Source of the DNA: an uncultured bacterium
GTDB lineage: Bacteria; Planctomycetota; Phycisphaerae; UBA1845
Direction of reading: 5' to 3'
NCBI GenBank assembly: GCA_965371245.1
Contig: CBDUXT010000020.1
Span: 2,150 to 66,149, forward strand
DNA: 64,000 nucleotides
Part shown: piece by piece, positions 20,456 to 29,318 of the stretch
How the letters are laid out: each line of letters starts with the position of its first letter
How positions within the stretch are numbered: position 1 is the stretch's first letter
The notes under the pieces: model-generated
Seen by the model: the letters and a program-made list of their open reading frames with translations, nothing else
Told to the model about the DNA's origin: nothing
The model's database searches: none
Made by a program: the position numbers and the translations under genes

Positions 20456-21447
20456 TCCAGGGCCGCATAGGTGAAGATGATGTCCGCCCCCGCTCGGGCG
20501 ATCGAGGTCAGCGCTTCGCTCATGCAGTCTCGTTCGTCCAGCCAACCCTTTCCCGCGGCCGCTTTGACCATCGCATACTCCCCGCTGACGTGGTAGGCCG
20601 CGATGGGCAGCTCCGTGCGCTCGCGCAGCTTGCAGATAATGTCCAGATAGGGCAGGGCCGGCTTGACCATCAGGATGTCGGCCCCCTCGGCTTCATCCAG
20701 GGCGGCCTCGATCATCGCCTCACGGGCGTTGGCGGGGTCCATCTGATACGTCTTCTTATCGCCGGGCACACTGGCGGATTCCACCGGCGCCGATTCCAAT
20801 GCCTCGCGGAAAGGTCCGTAGAACGCCGAGGCATACTTGGCGGTGTAGCTGAGAATGGCCGTCTCGGTGTGATCGGCCTCATCCAGCGCCGAGCGCATCG
20901 CACCCACCCGCCCGTCCATCATGTCGGACGGTGCCACCATGTCGGCACCAGCAGCCGCATGAACGACGGCCATCTTCGCCAGAACAAGCACGGTCTCGTC
21001 GTTGAGGATGACACCCTTCGGGCTGACCAGACCGTCGTGACCCAGGCTGGAATAGGGATCCAAGGCGACATCGGTGATCACGCAGGCGCCCGGCACGGCT
21101 TTCTTGATCGCGCGAACGGCTCGGCAAAGCAGATTGTCGGGGTTGAGCGACTCCGCGGCGTCCGGGGTCTTCAGCACCGGGTCGATGGCCGGGAAGAGCG
21201 CGAACGAACGAACCCCCAGCTCCATCGCGGATCGGCACTCGTCGATCGTTCGATCGATCGAGCACCGCGCGCGACCGGGCATGGCGTCGATCGGCTCAGA
21301 CCGCCCGTTGCCTTCCGTGACAAACTGCGGAAGCACCAGCCGGTCCGGCGTCAGCCGCGTTTCCCGAACCAACGATCGAATGACGCTGGTCCGGCGCATC
21401 CGCCGCGGCCGAGGGACCGATGGAATGAAATCGGACGGCGTAGTCAT
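20422..21447 (-). CDS. hemB: Porphobilinogen synthase
   Basis: RPRRMR, DVALDPYSSLGHDG, APSDMMDGR, KYASAFYGPFREA, YQMDP, MVKPALPYLD, YHVSGEY. Confidence 0.96.
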   Translation of the reverse strand: MTTPSDFIPSVPRPRRMRRTSVIRSLVRETRLTPDRLVLPQFVTEGNGRSEPIDAMPGRARCSIDRTIDECRSAMELGVRSFALFPAIDPVLKTPDAAESLNPDNLLCRAVRAIKKAVPGACVITDVALDPYSSLGHDGLVSPKGVILNDETVLVLAKMAVVHAAAGADMVAPSDMMDGRVGAMRSALDEADHTETAILSYTAKYASAFYGPFREALESAPVESASVPGDKKTYQMDPANAREAMIEAALDEAEGADILMVKPALPYLDIICKLRERTELPIAAYHVSGEYAMVKAAAGKGWLDERDCMSEALTSIARAGADIIFTYAALDYARWWRESSA

Positions 21448-21608
21448 CGTGCAAACTCCCAGCGCATGGACCGGCTGGGGCACCACGCGGCCTCAGCCTT
21501 ACTCATCACCTCTGCAAGATAGCGGGCACACCCACTACCCCGCAACGGCGCCGACGGTCAGCCCCGCGATGGGTGCGTGACACTTCCGGCGGCACGGGTA
21601 CCCCGACT

Positions 21609-21684
21609 CAGAGCCGCTGGCGCCAGCCTGCGGACTCTGGCGTCAGCATGTCACCGGGCTTCTGCCCGGTGCTCTGAAAACTGC
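21609..21684. repeat. Composite REP element (family A plus TCACCGGGC..GCCCGGTGCTCTGAAAACTGC) overlapping the hemY 3' end
   Basis: Similar composite at 45405-45483. Confidence 0.7.
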
Positions 21685-23108
21685 TCAACGCTGAGTCTGT
21701 CCCACAGCCCCGCTCGATCGTCCACGGGCCGCGCGTCGGCGATTTGCCCGGCCACCTCGACGCCAAGGCGTACGCAATCGTTGAGCGAGACCCCGTCCAG
21801 ATAGTTTCCGAGCAAGAAAAGCCCGGGGAGGGACGCGACCTCACTGCGCAATCGCGAAATCTTTTCCCGGTGCCCAACGTGATACTGAGGGATCGCAGCC
21901 GGATAACGGCATACATCGACAAGCACCGGACTGCCCGACACGCCGAGGACGCTGCGAAGCGCGTCGAGCGAGGTCGATAGCAGCTCGTCGTCGGTTCGCC
22001 CGACGGCTTCCAGATGGTGCGCTCCGCCGACGAAGACTCGAAGAAGCCGGTGGCCCGCCGGGGCGTGATGCGGAAAGATGCTATCGGCAAAGAGTGTTCC
22101 CATGAGCGGGAAATCGCGCTCGACTGCGGGGACGAGAAAGCCGAAGCCCTGGAGTGGATGGGCGATGTCCGCCGTGCGAAACCCGAGGTTCAACACGACC
22201 AGCGACGCGCTCTCGATCGACTCGAGTATTCGTGACGCCTCAGGTAGCAGCGGTTCCAGCAGCCGACCGGTCGCTCCGGCCGGTGACGCCAGTGCCAGGC
22301 GACGGCACCGGATGGATAAATCAGCTTGATCGCCACGCCGGAAGCGAACGGTGTATCCGTCGGTCTGGCGCTGTATCCCAACGACGCGCGAACCAGTGTA
22401 CACACACGGGCCCAGCCGTCGCCCGATGGCTTCGGTCAACGCGCCCAGCCCGCCGCCGATGCTGACCAGCCCACGCCACCGCCGGCGCCGCCCGGCACTC
22501 TTGCGGCGAAAGGCAGAGCCCAGCCCGAGCGCCACCAGGCTTCGCGTCTTTAAGTCAATTCGACCAACACCAGGGAAGCAGGCGCTCAGGCTCAGCCGGC
22601 TGCTGTCGCCGGCGAAGATGCCCGCGATGACCGCACTGACCATCCTGTCCGCGACCTGCCGCCCGAAGCGACGCGTCGCCGCCTGCTCGATCGTTTCTTC
22701 CTGGATGGGCGCGCGCCGGCTGCAACATATACCGGTCAACAGCCGAAGCCGGGCCGAGAACGAGAGCAACCCCGTGGTCATCAGCGAGATCGGATTGGAG
22801 GGCACGGCCAAGAGTCGCCCGGCTCGGTAGACGTATCGCCTTCGCGCCGCCTTGCTCGCGCCGACGATGTCCACCTCGTCGGCGAACTCGATCAACAGAT
22901 CCTCGAACGCCGGGTGCCGAACGATGACGTTGAACGGCCCCTTCTCCAGAAGAAACCCGTCGCGTGACTCGCTGCGCATGCAGCCGCCCACCGAGTCCTC
23001 TGCTTCGAGCAGCCGCACATCGACGCCGGACCTGTGGAGGTGCCACGTCGCGGTCAGACCGCTGATGCCCCCGCCGACGACCACCACATCGCACGTGGAC
23101 TCATCCAT
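21651..23108 (-). CDS. hemY: HemY-type proto/coproporphyrinogen oxidase
   Basis: VVGGGISGL FAD motif, EKGP, GIFAGD, GFGFLVP, IPQYHVGH, GNYLDGVSLNDCV. Confidence 0.92.
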   Translation of the reverse strand: MDESTCDVVVVGGGISGLTATWHLHRSGVDVRLLEAEDSVGGCMRSESRDGFLLEKGPFNVIVRHPAFEDLLIEFADEVDIVGASKAARRRYVYRAGRLLAVPSNPISLMTTGLLSFSARLRLLTGICCSRRAPIQEETIEQAATRRFGRQVADRMVSAVIAGIFAGDSSRLSLSACFPGVGRIDLKTRSLVALGLGSAFRRKSAGRRRRWRGLVSIGGGLGALTEAIGRRLGPCVYTGSRVVGIQRQTDGYTVRFRRGDQADLSIRCRRLALASPAGATGRLLEPLLPEASRILESIESASLVVLNLGFRTADIAHPLQGFGFLVPAVERDFPLMGTLFADSIFPHHAPAGHRLLRVFVGGAHHLEAVGRTDDELLSTSLDALRSVLGVSGSPVLVDVCRYPAAIPQYHVGHREKISRLRSEVASLPGLFLLGNYLDGVSLNDCVRLGVEVAGQIADARPVDDRAGLWDRLSVEQFSEHRAEAR

Positions 23109-23114
23109 CGTTGT

Positions 23115-24173
23115 TCATCCCGCAGCCGTCGGCGTCGAGGGAATAGAGGCCGTCGCCTTGCACGCGGAAACAAACCGCTGAACGTTCTCGAACGGCGTCT
23201 CGCGGAGCAAGCCGTGGCTGAGGTTCAGGATATGGCCCTGGCGATCGCCCGCAAGGACGCACGCCCGCACGGCCGCCTCGATCTCCTCGGGCGACCCCGC
23301 GGCCACGAGGTGATGATCGACGTTGCCCTGGAACGCCACGCGGTCGCCCACGCGCCGTTTGGCATCCGCCAGATCCACGCAGGCGCCGAGGCTAAGCACG
23401 TCGGCACCGCTGCGGACCAGCCGCTCGACGTCCGGATGCTCCTTGGCGAAGAGGATGGTCGGGACGCGCCGGGCGAGTTTGTCGAAGATCTTGATCTGAT
23501 AGGGAAGCGCGAACTCTTCGTACTCGGCCGGCGTGAGAAGATCGGCCATCGACTCGAAGAGTTGAACCGCGTCCGCCCCGGACTCGATCTGAAAGGCGAG
23601 GTACGCGGCCGTCATGTCGGCCAACCGATCGAGCAAGCGGTGGAACGTTCTTGAATCGTGCGCCATCATGGATCGGGTCAGCGCCGGCGCCGCGCCGGGG
23701 CTCTTCCCCTCGATCAGGAAGAACGCCAGCGTGAGCGGCGCGCCCGCGAACCCGAGCATGGGTAACTCATCGGCGAGCGCCTCGCGCACAATCCGCAAGG
23801 TGTCGGCCACGAACGCCAGCTCGGTCGCGGGGTCGAACAGACGCAGCGCCTCCACGTCGGCGGGCGTACGAACGCATGGCTCGAGTACGGGGCCGGGGCG
23901 AAAAGCGAAGGGCGCGCCCATCGGGGCGAGCGGCGTGAGGATATCCTGGAAGATGATGATGGCGTCCACGCCGAGTCGCTTGGGCAAGAGCGATATCTCG
24001 GCGGCGGCATCCGGGTCACGGAATAGGTCTTCAAGCGGCCGACCGTCGCGCTCGCGCAGGCGAACATAGGCCGGGTCGGTTCGACCGGCCTGGCGCATCA
24101 TCCAAACCGGTGTCCGCTCGGTGTGTTCCCGCCGGGCCGCTCGCAGAAGCAGGTCGTTGGTCAGAGTGCCCAC
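23115..24173 (-). CDS. hemE: Uroporphyrinogen decarboxylase
   Basis: PVWMMRQAGR, DIL, GFAGAP, QGNVD, ILNLSHG. Confidence 0.94.
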   Translation of the reverse strand: MGTLTNDLLLRAARREHTERTPVWMMRQAGRTDPAYVRLRERDGRPLEDLFRDPDAAAEISLLPKRLGVDAIIIFQDILTPLAPMGAPFAFRPGPVLEPCVRTPADVEALRLFDPATELAFVADTLRIVREALADELPMLGFAGAPLTLAFFLIEGKSPGAAPALTRSMMAHDSRTFHRLLDRLADMTAAYLAFQIESGADAVQLFESMADLLTPAEYEEFALPYQIKIFDKLARRVPTILFAKEHPDVERLVRSGADVLSLGACVDLADAKRRVGDRVAFQGNVDHHLVAAGSPEEIEAAVRACVLAGDRQGHILNLSHGLLRETPFENVQRFVSACKATASIPSTPTAAG

Positions 24174-24249
24174 GCGATCCCCTTCCGTCGCTGCCCGAAC
24201 CGAATTGAACCGCGCCGACCAGCCAGTACGTCTGCCGCTTCCGCGCCCC

Positions 24250-24410
24250 GAGCCGCGGGCTTTAGCCCGCGCGGTCTCGCGGCGATGGATGTATCCCTGG
24301 TGCTCTGTCGCGCCCTAGTTGACGGCTTTCGAGAGTGGCATGGGCAACCTTGTTTGCCCCTGTTGTAAACCCCGGGGTCACGGGCAAGCTGACGCTTGCC
24401 CATGGCACCC
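24250..24410. repeat. REP elements between hemN and hemE (family A at 24250; GTGGCATGGGC..GCCCATGGCAC pair at 24335-24408)
   Basis: GAGCCGCGGGCTTTAGCCCGCGCGG identical to the 46159 copy. Confidence 0.75.
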
Positions 24411-24477
24411 AACCATCGATCGATGTGCGACAGAGTAGTAACGCGGGCTAACCCGGCATACGACTGCGGGAAGTTCT

Positions 24478-25899
24478 CTAGGCGTTGGCCGAAAAACACG
24501 CCTGTTCCCCTTTGCAATAGGCCTGCTCGTCGAGGTAGGCGTCGAATACGGCCGCCACGTTGCGCATCAGCACGCGCCCGAGCGGTCGAGTCAGGCGAAC
24601 CACGTCGGCCTCGTCCACCGTGACCAGCCCGTCGCGCTCGAGTTCCCGCATGATGGACATCTCTCGAGCGAAATAGTCGCTGAAGCAGACATCGAAGTGC
24701 GACTCCACATGGCACGGTTCGATCCGCGCGGCGCAGTACAGTTCGTTGATCACCGCCTGGCGGACGCGATCATCAAAGGTAAGGCGTTTGCCGCGCTCGA
24801 CCGGGCTCTTTCCGCCTTCGATGCAGGCAACGTAGCGATCCAGCTCCTTGACGTTCTGCAGGAAGCCGACGTCCGGAAGATGGCTGATGGAGGACACGCC
24901 CGCTCCCAAGAGCCGCAGACCACCGCCGGTGGTCATGCCCTGGAAGTTTCGCTGTGTCGTTCCGTCGGCCATTCCTTTGGCCAGCGCCTCGTCGGCGCGT
25001 GCGAAGTGGTCGAGCCCGACGAACTGATACCCCGCCTCCTCGAACAGCGCCAGCCCGATCAGGAACATCTCCAGCTTGGCTTCGCTGTCGGGAAGCTTGG
25101 TGTAGTCCATGCCGCGCTGCGTGGCAATTTTTTCGGGTATTTGGGCGTAGTGGTAATAAGCGATACGGTCCGGCGAGAGCTGGATCGTCTGCTCCACCGT
25201 CTCGCGGATGGTGTCGGAGGTCTGATAGGGCATGCCGTAGATCAGGTCGAAGTTGACGCTGCCGAAGCCCAGCTCGCGACACTCGGAGACCACGTCGCGA
25301 ACCATCTCGTAGGGCTGGATCCGTCGAACGTGTTTTTGAACCTGCTCGTCGAAATCCTGCACCCCCATGGAGACCCGGTTGAACCCCAGCCGACGCATGC
25401 AGCGAAGCCCTTTGGATGTGGTCGTCCGAGGATCGATTTCCATGGCGACTTCGGCATCACCCGCCACGTCGAAGGCACTCATCACCGCGCCGTGGACCTG
25501 CTCGAGCTGCTCGACCGACAGATAGGTGGGGCTCCCACCTCCGTAATGGATCTGACGTAGCGGCCGGCGCTGGATCGAACCCGCCAGTCGGTGAATCTCG
25601 GTCACTAGTGCCGCCACGTACCGATCCGTCCGCCGGCTCGCTCCTTCAAAGTCACGGTGCTGAATGACCTTGTTACAAGCGCAGAACTTGCACAGTGCCT
25701 CGCAAAAGGGGATGTGCAAATACAAGGACAGGTCGTACCCCGGGGCTTGCTTGTCGGCGTCGCGGATGATCGCGGCAGCGCCGTCGGCGTTCAGATCGTG
25801 CCACCAGGTTGGCATTGGATAGGACACGTGACGGGGCAACGACAGCCCGGCGTACCGGCGAAAGACTTCGATATCGATGTCACCGATCGATGCGATCAT
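24478..25899 (-). CDS. hemN: Oxygen-independent coproporphyrinogen III dehydrogenase (radical SAM)
   Basis: SYP, YLHIPFCEALCKFCAC, GGGSPT, RVSMGVQDF, DLIYGMPYQT, GLDHFA, RNFQGM. Confidence 0.94.
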   Translation of the reverse strand: MIASIGDIDIEVFRRYAGLSLPRHVSYPMPTWWHDLNADGAAAIIRDADKQAPGYDLSLYLHIPFCEALCKFCACNKVIQHRDFEGASRRTDRYVAALVTEIHRLAGSIQRRPLRQIHYGGGSPTYLSVEQLEQVHGAVMSAFDVAGDAEVAMEIDPRTTTSKGLRCMRRLGFNRVSMGVQDFDEQVQKHVRRIQPYEMVRDVVSECRELGFGSVNFDLIYGMPYQTSDTIRETVEQTIQLSPDRIAYYHYAQIPEKIATQRGMDYTKLPDSEAKLEMFLIGLALFEEAGYQFVGLDHFARADEALAKGMADGTTQRNFQGMTTGGGLRLLGAGVSSISHLPDVGFLQNVKELDRYVACIEGGKSPVERGKRLTFDDRVRQAVINELYCAARIEPCHVESHFDVCFSDYFAREMSIMRELERDGLVTVDEADVVRLTRPLGRVLMRNVAAVFDAYLDEQAYCKGEQACFSANA

Positions 25900-28241
25900 G
25901 GCGTGCCGCTCCCCACGGCGTCCGTGGCCAAGCCTTCCGGCGATGGGGGTGCGTGCCGTCGCGCCGTCCGGCCGTCCGGACCCATGGCGTAGGTGCATAC
26001 GTTGTCCGTTGCCATCGACGCCGGAACTGGCTCGTCGGAGCCTCGAACGTGATTCTCAATCGCGGTCTCGACCGTCGCCACCGCCGACGCGAACCCATCC
26101 GCTCGGCACAGATCATCAGCGAAGGCGCTAACATGGTCTTCCAGTTGATCGGCGGCGAACAGCGTCACACCGGGCAACACGGCCACACCATCGGTGGAAC
26201 CAAACAGGTTGAAGTCGAAGATGGTCAACGGACGGTCCACCCAATCACGGGCGCCTTGGAGCTGCTGGGCACACAGGATCGGGTCATCCCGATCAACGCC
26301 AAAGACCACCACGTCGGCACTTTGAATACCGCGAAGAACCCGAGGCTCGCCGTACGATTGGACGCGGATCCGCCGCCCGTGGCCAATCGCCTTGCGCAGC
26401 AGCTTGACCTGCCCGCCATGCTTGTGCCCTCGGTAATAAAGGCTCAACTGTTTGTCGGGCACATCGAACTCATCCCGCAGGACGCGCAGCACCGAGGCCG
26501 ACGTGGTCGAACCGCCCACCACCACGATCCGGCTGCGCGCCAAGTCCAGTCCCTCATCCTCGATGACACGCGACAGCGCCGCGAAGCAGTAGTCGGGAGC
26601 ATACGCGCTCCAGGAAGACTCGTTTCGTAGCGTCCGCTGGAAGGAGCGTGCGTCGTCGGCCACCTGGTCGGTTAACGTGCCGGCGGTCCCGGCGCGGCAG
26701 GCGAGCCGGTGGGCCGCGTCGAGCTGGTCCAACACGTCACGTTCACCGGGGAGCCCGCTGTTCAGACCCACGGAGGTCCGCAACAGATGATGCCACGCCT
26801 GGGCTCCCAAAAGCGTGTTGACGACGAGGCCTTCGGGCTCCGATTGACCAAAGAGCCAGCCGCGAACCGCGGCAACCGCCTCGGCCCGCGCCTCGAGGTC
26901 GTCACGGTCGTCGAGCCAACCGTAGAGTTCAAACCGATGACAGGTGTTCCAAAGCCACGCCTCTTTGAGTCCCGCGTCATCCTGAATGGTCCGCAGCAGG
27001 CCGGGCACGGCGCACTGCGAGCGCTTCACGCCGCGAAGGCCTTCCACGGTGCTACCCGCCAGACGCGGTCCGCGACCGGAACCCAATCGCGCATCGAGCG
27101 AAGCACCGACCATCAGGAACCCCCGCAAACTTCCGCGCGGTGATGCGACGTCCGGTCGAGTCGTCTGGGTGGAACGAACCTTCGGAACAGCGCAACCCAT
27201 CGGCCTCGGTCCCCGTAGCACAAGCTGCTTGAGTGCCGAGATGAACCGGCTCGACGCGTTCAGGGCCGGACTGAGGAACAGTTCGCCGCCGGCGTCCTCG
27301 ACCATCGCGCGGTAGCGGAGGTCGATCTCCTCGAGGGTCTCAAGGCAGTCGGTGGTGAAGCTGATCGGACAGATCAAGATGCGCTTCTCGCCGCCGCGGA
27401 CCAACGCCCGCAGCACCTCGTCGGTGTAGGGCTTGAGCCACGCGACGGGGCCAAAGCGACTCTGATACGCCAGGGACATTCTGTCGGGCGCCCAGCCCAT
27501 GCGGTGGGCCACCAGGGCGGCGGTGCGCGCCACGTGCCGGGGGTAGGGATCACCCCGTTTGACGTAGGAGGTCGGCAACCCGTGCGTGGAAAAAAGCAGA
27601 TAGGTGTCGTCCGGGGAAAGTCCGTGTGCCCCGGCGTACTCCTCGAGCAGTTCCGTCTGGGCGTTGACGTATCCGTGGTCGTCGTACCAGGTGGTCCGCA
27701 CGGTGACGTCGAACTGCGGGCTCTCCCGCTTCAGATAATCGTACACCACCTGAAGCGCCGTCCCGGTCGTCGGCCCGCTGAACTGGGGATACATCGGCAG
27801 CACAACCAGGTGCCGGATGTCGGCGGCCTCGACCTCGCGCAGCGTCTCCACGATGCCGGGCCGGCCGTAGCGCATCGCCGAAAAAACCCGCCAGCCGCGC
27901 GGCAGTGCCGCTTCCACGGCCGTAGCCTGCGCGTCGGCGATCGTCTTGAGCGGAGAGCCCTCCTCCGTCCAGATGCGCCGGTACATTTCGGCTGAAGCCG
28001 GTGCGCGGAGCGTGGCGATCGTCCGACCCAGCGGTCCGGTCAGCCAGCCGAGCCCCTTGGGCAGGTGGATGACCGCCGGATCGCGGAGAAACTCGTTGAG
28101 GTACCGCCGCACGGCCGGTACCGACGGTTCGTCCGGGGTGCCGAGATTGATCAACATGACACCCCGTCGGCGCGAGGACGCCTCCTGCGTCTGCTCCGTG
28201 CGGGCCACGTCGCTTACCATCTGCGAAAGCAGTCTGTGCAT
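25896..28241 (-). CDS. hemH: Ferrochelatase fused to a divergent glutamyl-tRNA reductase (HemA)-like domain
   Basis: N-half: LINLGTP, GSPL, AMRYGRP, PMYPQFS, FSTHGLP, YQSRFGPVAWLKP, FTTDCLETLEEID. C-half: NTCHRFELY, HLLRTSVGLNSGLPGE, IVVVGGS, ADVVVF. Single continuous frame. Confidence 0.88.
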   Translation of the reverse strand: MHRLLSQMVSDVARTEQTQEASSRRRGVMLINLGTPDEPSVPAVRRYLNEFLRDPAVIHLPKGLGWLTGPLGRTIATLRAPASAEMYRRIWTEEGSPLKTIADAQATAVEAALPRGWRVFSAMRYGRPGIVETLREVEAADIRHLVVLPMYPQFSGPTTGTALQVVYDYLKRESPQFDVTVRTTWYDDHGYVNAQTELLEEYAGAHGLSPDDTYLLFSTHGLPTSYVKRGDPYPRHVARTAALVAHRMGWAPDRMSLAYQSRFGPVAWLKPYTDEVLRALVRGGEKRILICPISFTTDCLETLEEIDLRYRAMVEDAGGELFLSPALNASSRFISALKQLVLRGPRPMGCAVPKVRSTQTTRPDVASPRGSLRGFLMVGASLDARLGSGRGPRLAGSTVEGLRGVKRSQCAVPGLLRTIQDDAGLKEAWLWNTCHRFELYGWLDDRDDLEARAEAVAAVRGWLFGQSEPEGLVVNTLLGAQAWHHLLRTSVGLNSGLPGERDVLDQLDAAHRLACRAGTAGTLTDQVADDARSFQRTLRNESSWSAYAPDYCFAALSRVIEDEGLDLARSRIVVVGGSTTSASVLRVLRDEFDVPDKQLSLYYRGHKHGGQVKLLRKAIGHGRRIRVQSYGEPRVLRGIQSADVVVFGVDRDDPILCAQQLQGARDWVDRPLTIFDFNLFGSTDGVAVLPGVTLFAADQLEDHVSAFADDLCRADGFASAVATVETAIENHVRGSDEPVPASMATDNVCTYAMGPDGRTARRHAPPSPEGLATDAVGSGTP

Positions 28242-28385
28242 GTGCCCTTTCTCCCACGCGATGCGTTCGCGTTCGGAGGTGTGGATACCGCTGTCCGCGC
28301 CGCACGCGGGGCCGAAGACCACCGGTAGAATCAGCAGGGAAGCCCCGCCGTTTCTTGCGCACGGCGACACGGGACGAAGTACGGT

Positions 28386-28871
28386 TCAGGCGGGTGGGGC
28401 ACGAAGTGAGAAGAGGCCGACGGCCAGCAGCCAGTCGTGAGGACGGACATCATCAACGCAGATGCCGTCCGTGGAATGTGTGACAAGCTGGCGGCACTTG
28501 AACGGCGACGTTGCCGCGCCCAAAGCCTCGCCCAACGCCCGGCGGACCGGACGCAGGCTTGCCACCAGGCAGGTGGCAGCCACCAGCGCAGCCGTGTCGG
28601 CCACCAACGTCGGATCGTGGACGGGGCGCACCACGTCCACGTGCAACAACCCAACGACCATACAAATGGCCACGATCGACCGGCGGTCCGTCGGCAACGG
28701 AAAGAAAGCCGGATCGTTGATCTTCAGGACGAAAAACAGCACGACCAGGGTCAGCCCGGCGCACCGGCCGACCGGCTCAAACGCGAAGCCGTTCGAAAAA
28801 AGCGCCTGCCACGCGCCCAAGAGCGCCGGAGCATGAGCCAGCGCCATCGTCAACCAGAGCAGACGCCGCAT
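28386..28871 (-). CDS. Membrane leader protein ending in the RAPP motif
   Basis: 3-4 hydrophobic segments; C-terminus GLFSLRAPPA-stop; stop 145 nt upstream of the hemH fusion start. Confidence 0.7.
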   Translation of the reverse strand: MRRLLWLTMALAHAPALLGAWQALFSNGFAFEPVGRCAGLTLVVLFFVLKINDPAFFPLPTDRRSIVAICMVVGLLHVDVVRPVHDPTLVADTAALVAATCLVASLRPVRRALGEALGAATSPFKCRQLVTHSTDGICVDDVRPHDWLLAVGLFSLRAPPA

Positions 28872-29195
28872 GTCCGGCAGGAACGATCGAAGACGGGCTG
28901 ACAAGCTAGATGACACGTAGCCAATCACTTAGAGGGGACACATTACCGCGTACTGTCAACATCGGTCGCGTTCCCGGGAAACTCAAGGCATTCAGGCGCC
29001 ACCCGCGGCGACGAACCCAAAGACGACGACCATCGTAACCCGCCCGCGGCGACCATGTCGAGCCATGCCCAGTGAGAACCCGATCGTAACCCGCCGGCAA
29101 CCCCTGCTACCGGCGGACGACTGCGGGACACCGAGCAATTGTCGTGCCAAAAGTGGAAAGATAGGCTCGATCCGGCTAATCGAGCGGCGAGGGAA

Positions 29196-29318
29196 TCATG
29201 GGCCAACCCCGTCCATGAGTGCTTCCAGAACCCCAACCCGTTGATGAACATTCCAGAGAAACAAGAGCAAGCCCAGAATCGCGACGACGAGGATTCCTAC
29301 CGTAGCCTTGTCCTTCAT
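29196..29318 (-). CDS. 40-aa single-TM ORF, possibly a truncated gene (not in ORF track)
   Basis: ATGA overlap with the upstream stop; MKDKATVGILVVAILGLLLFLWNVHQRVGVLEALMDGVGP. Confidence 0.5.
   Translation of the reverse strand: MKDKATVGILVVAILGLLLFLWNVHQRVGVLEALMDGVGP

Noticed and set aside
28241-28370. Longer start (28370) for the hemH fusion
   Set aside because: A better RBS (GGAGAAAGGG) precedes the ATG at 28241; the upstream part lacks homology
29022-29102. Short direct repeat ATCGTAACCCGCC upstream of the RAPP ORF, and a nearby TTGACA
   Set aside because: Only two copies and no correctly spaced -10 element found; insufficient support for a regulatory call
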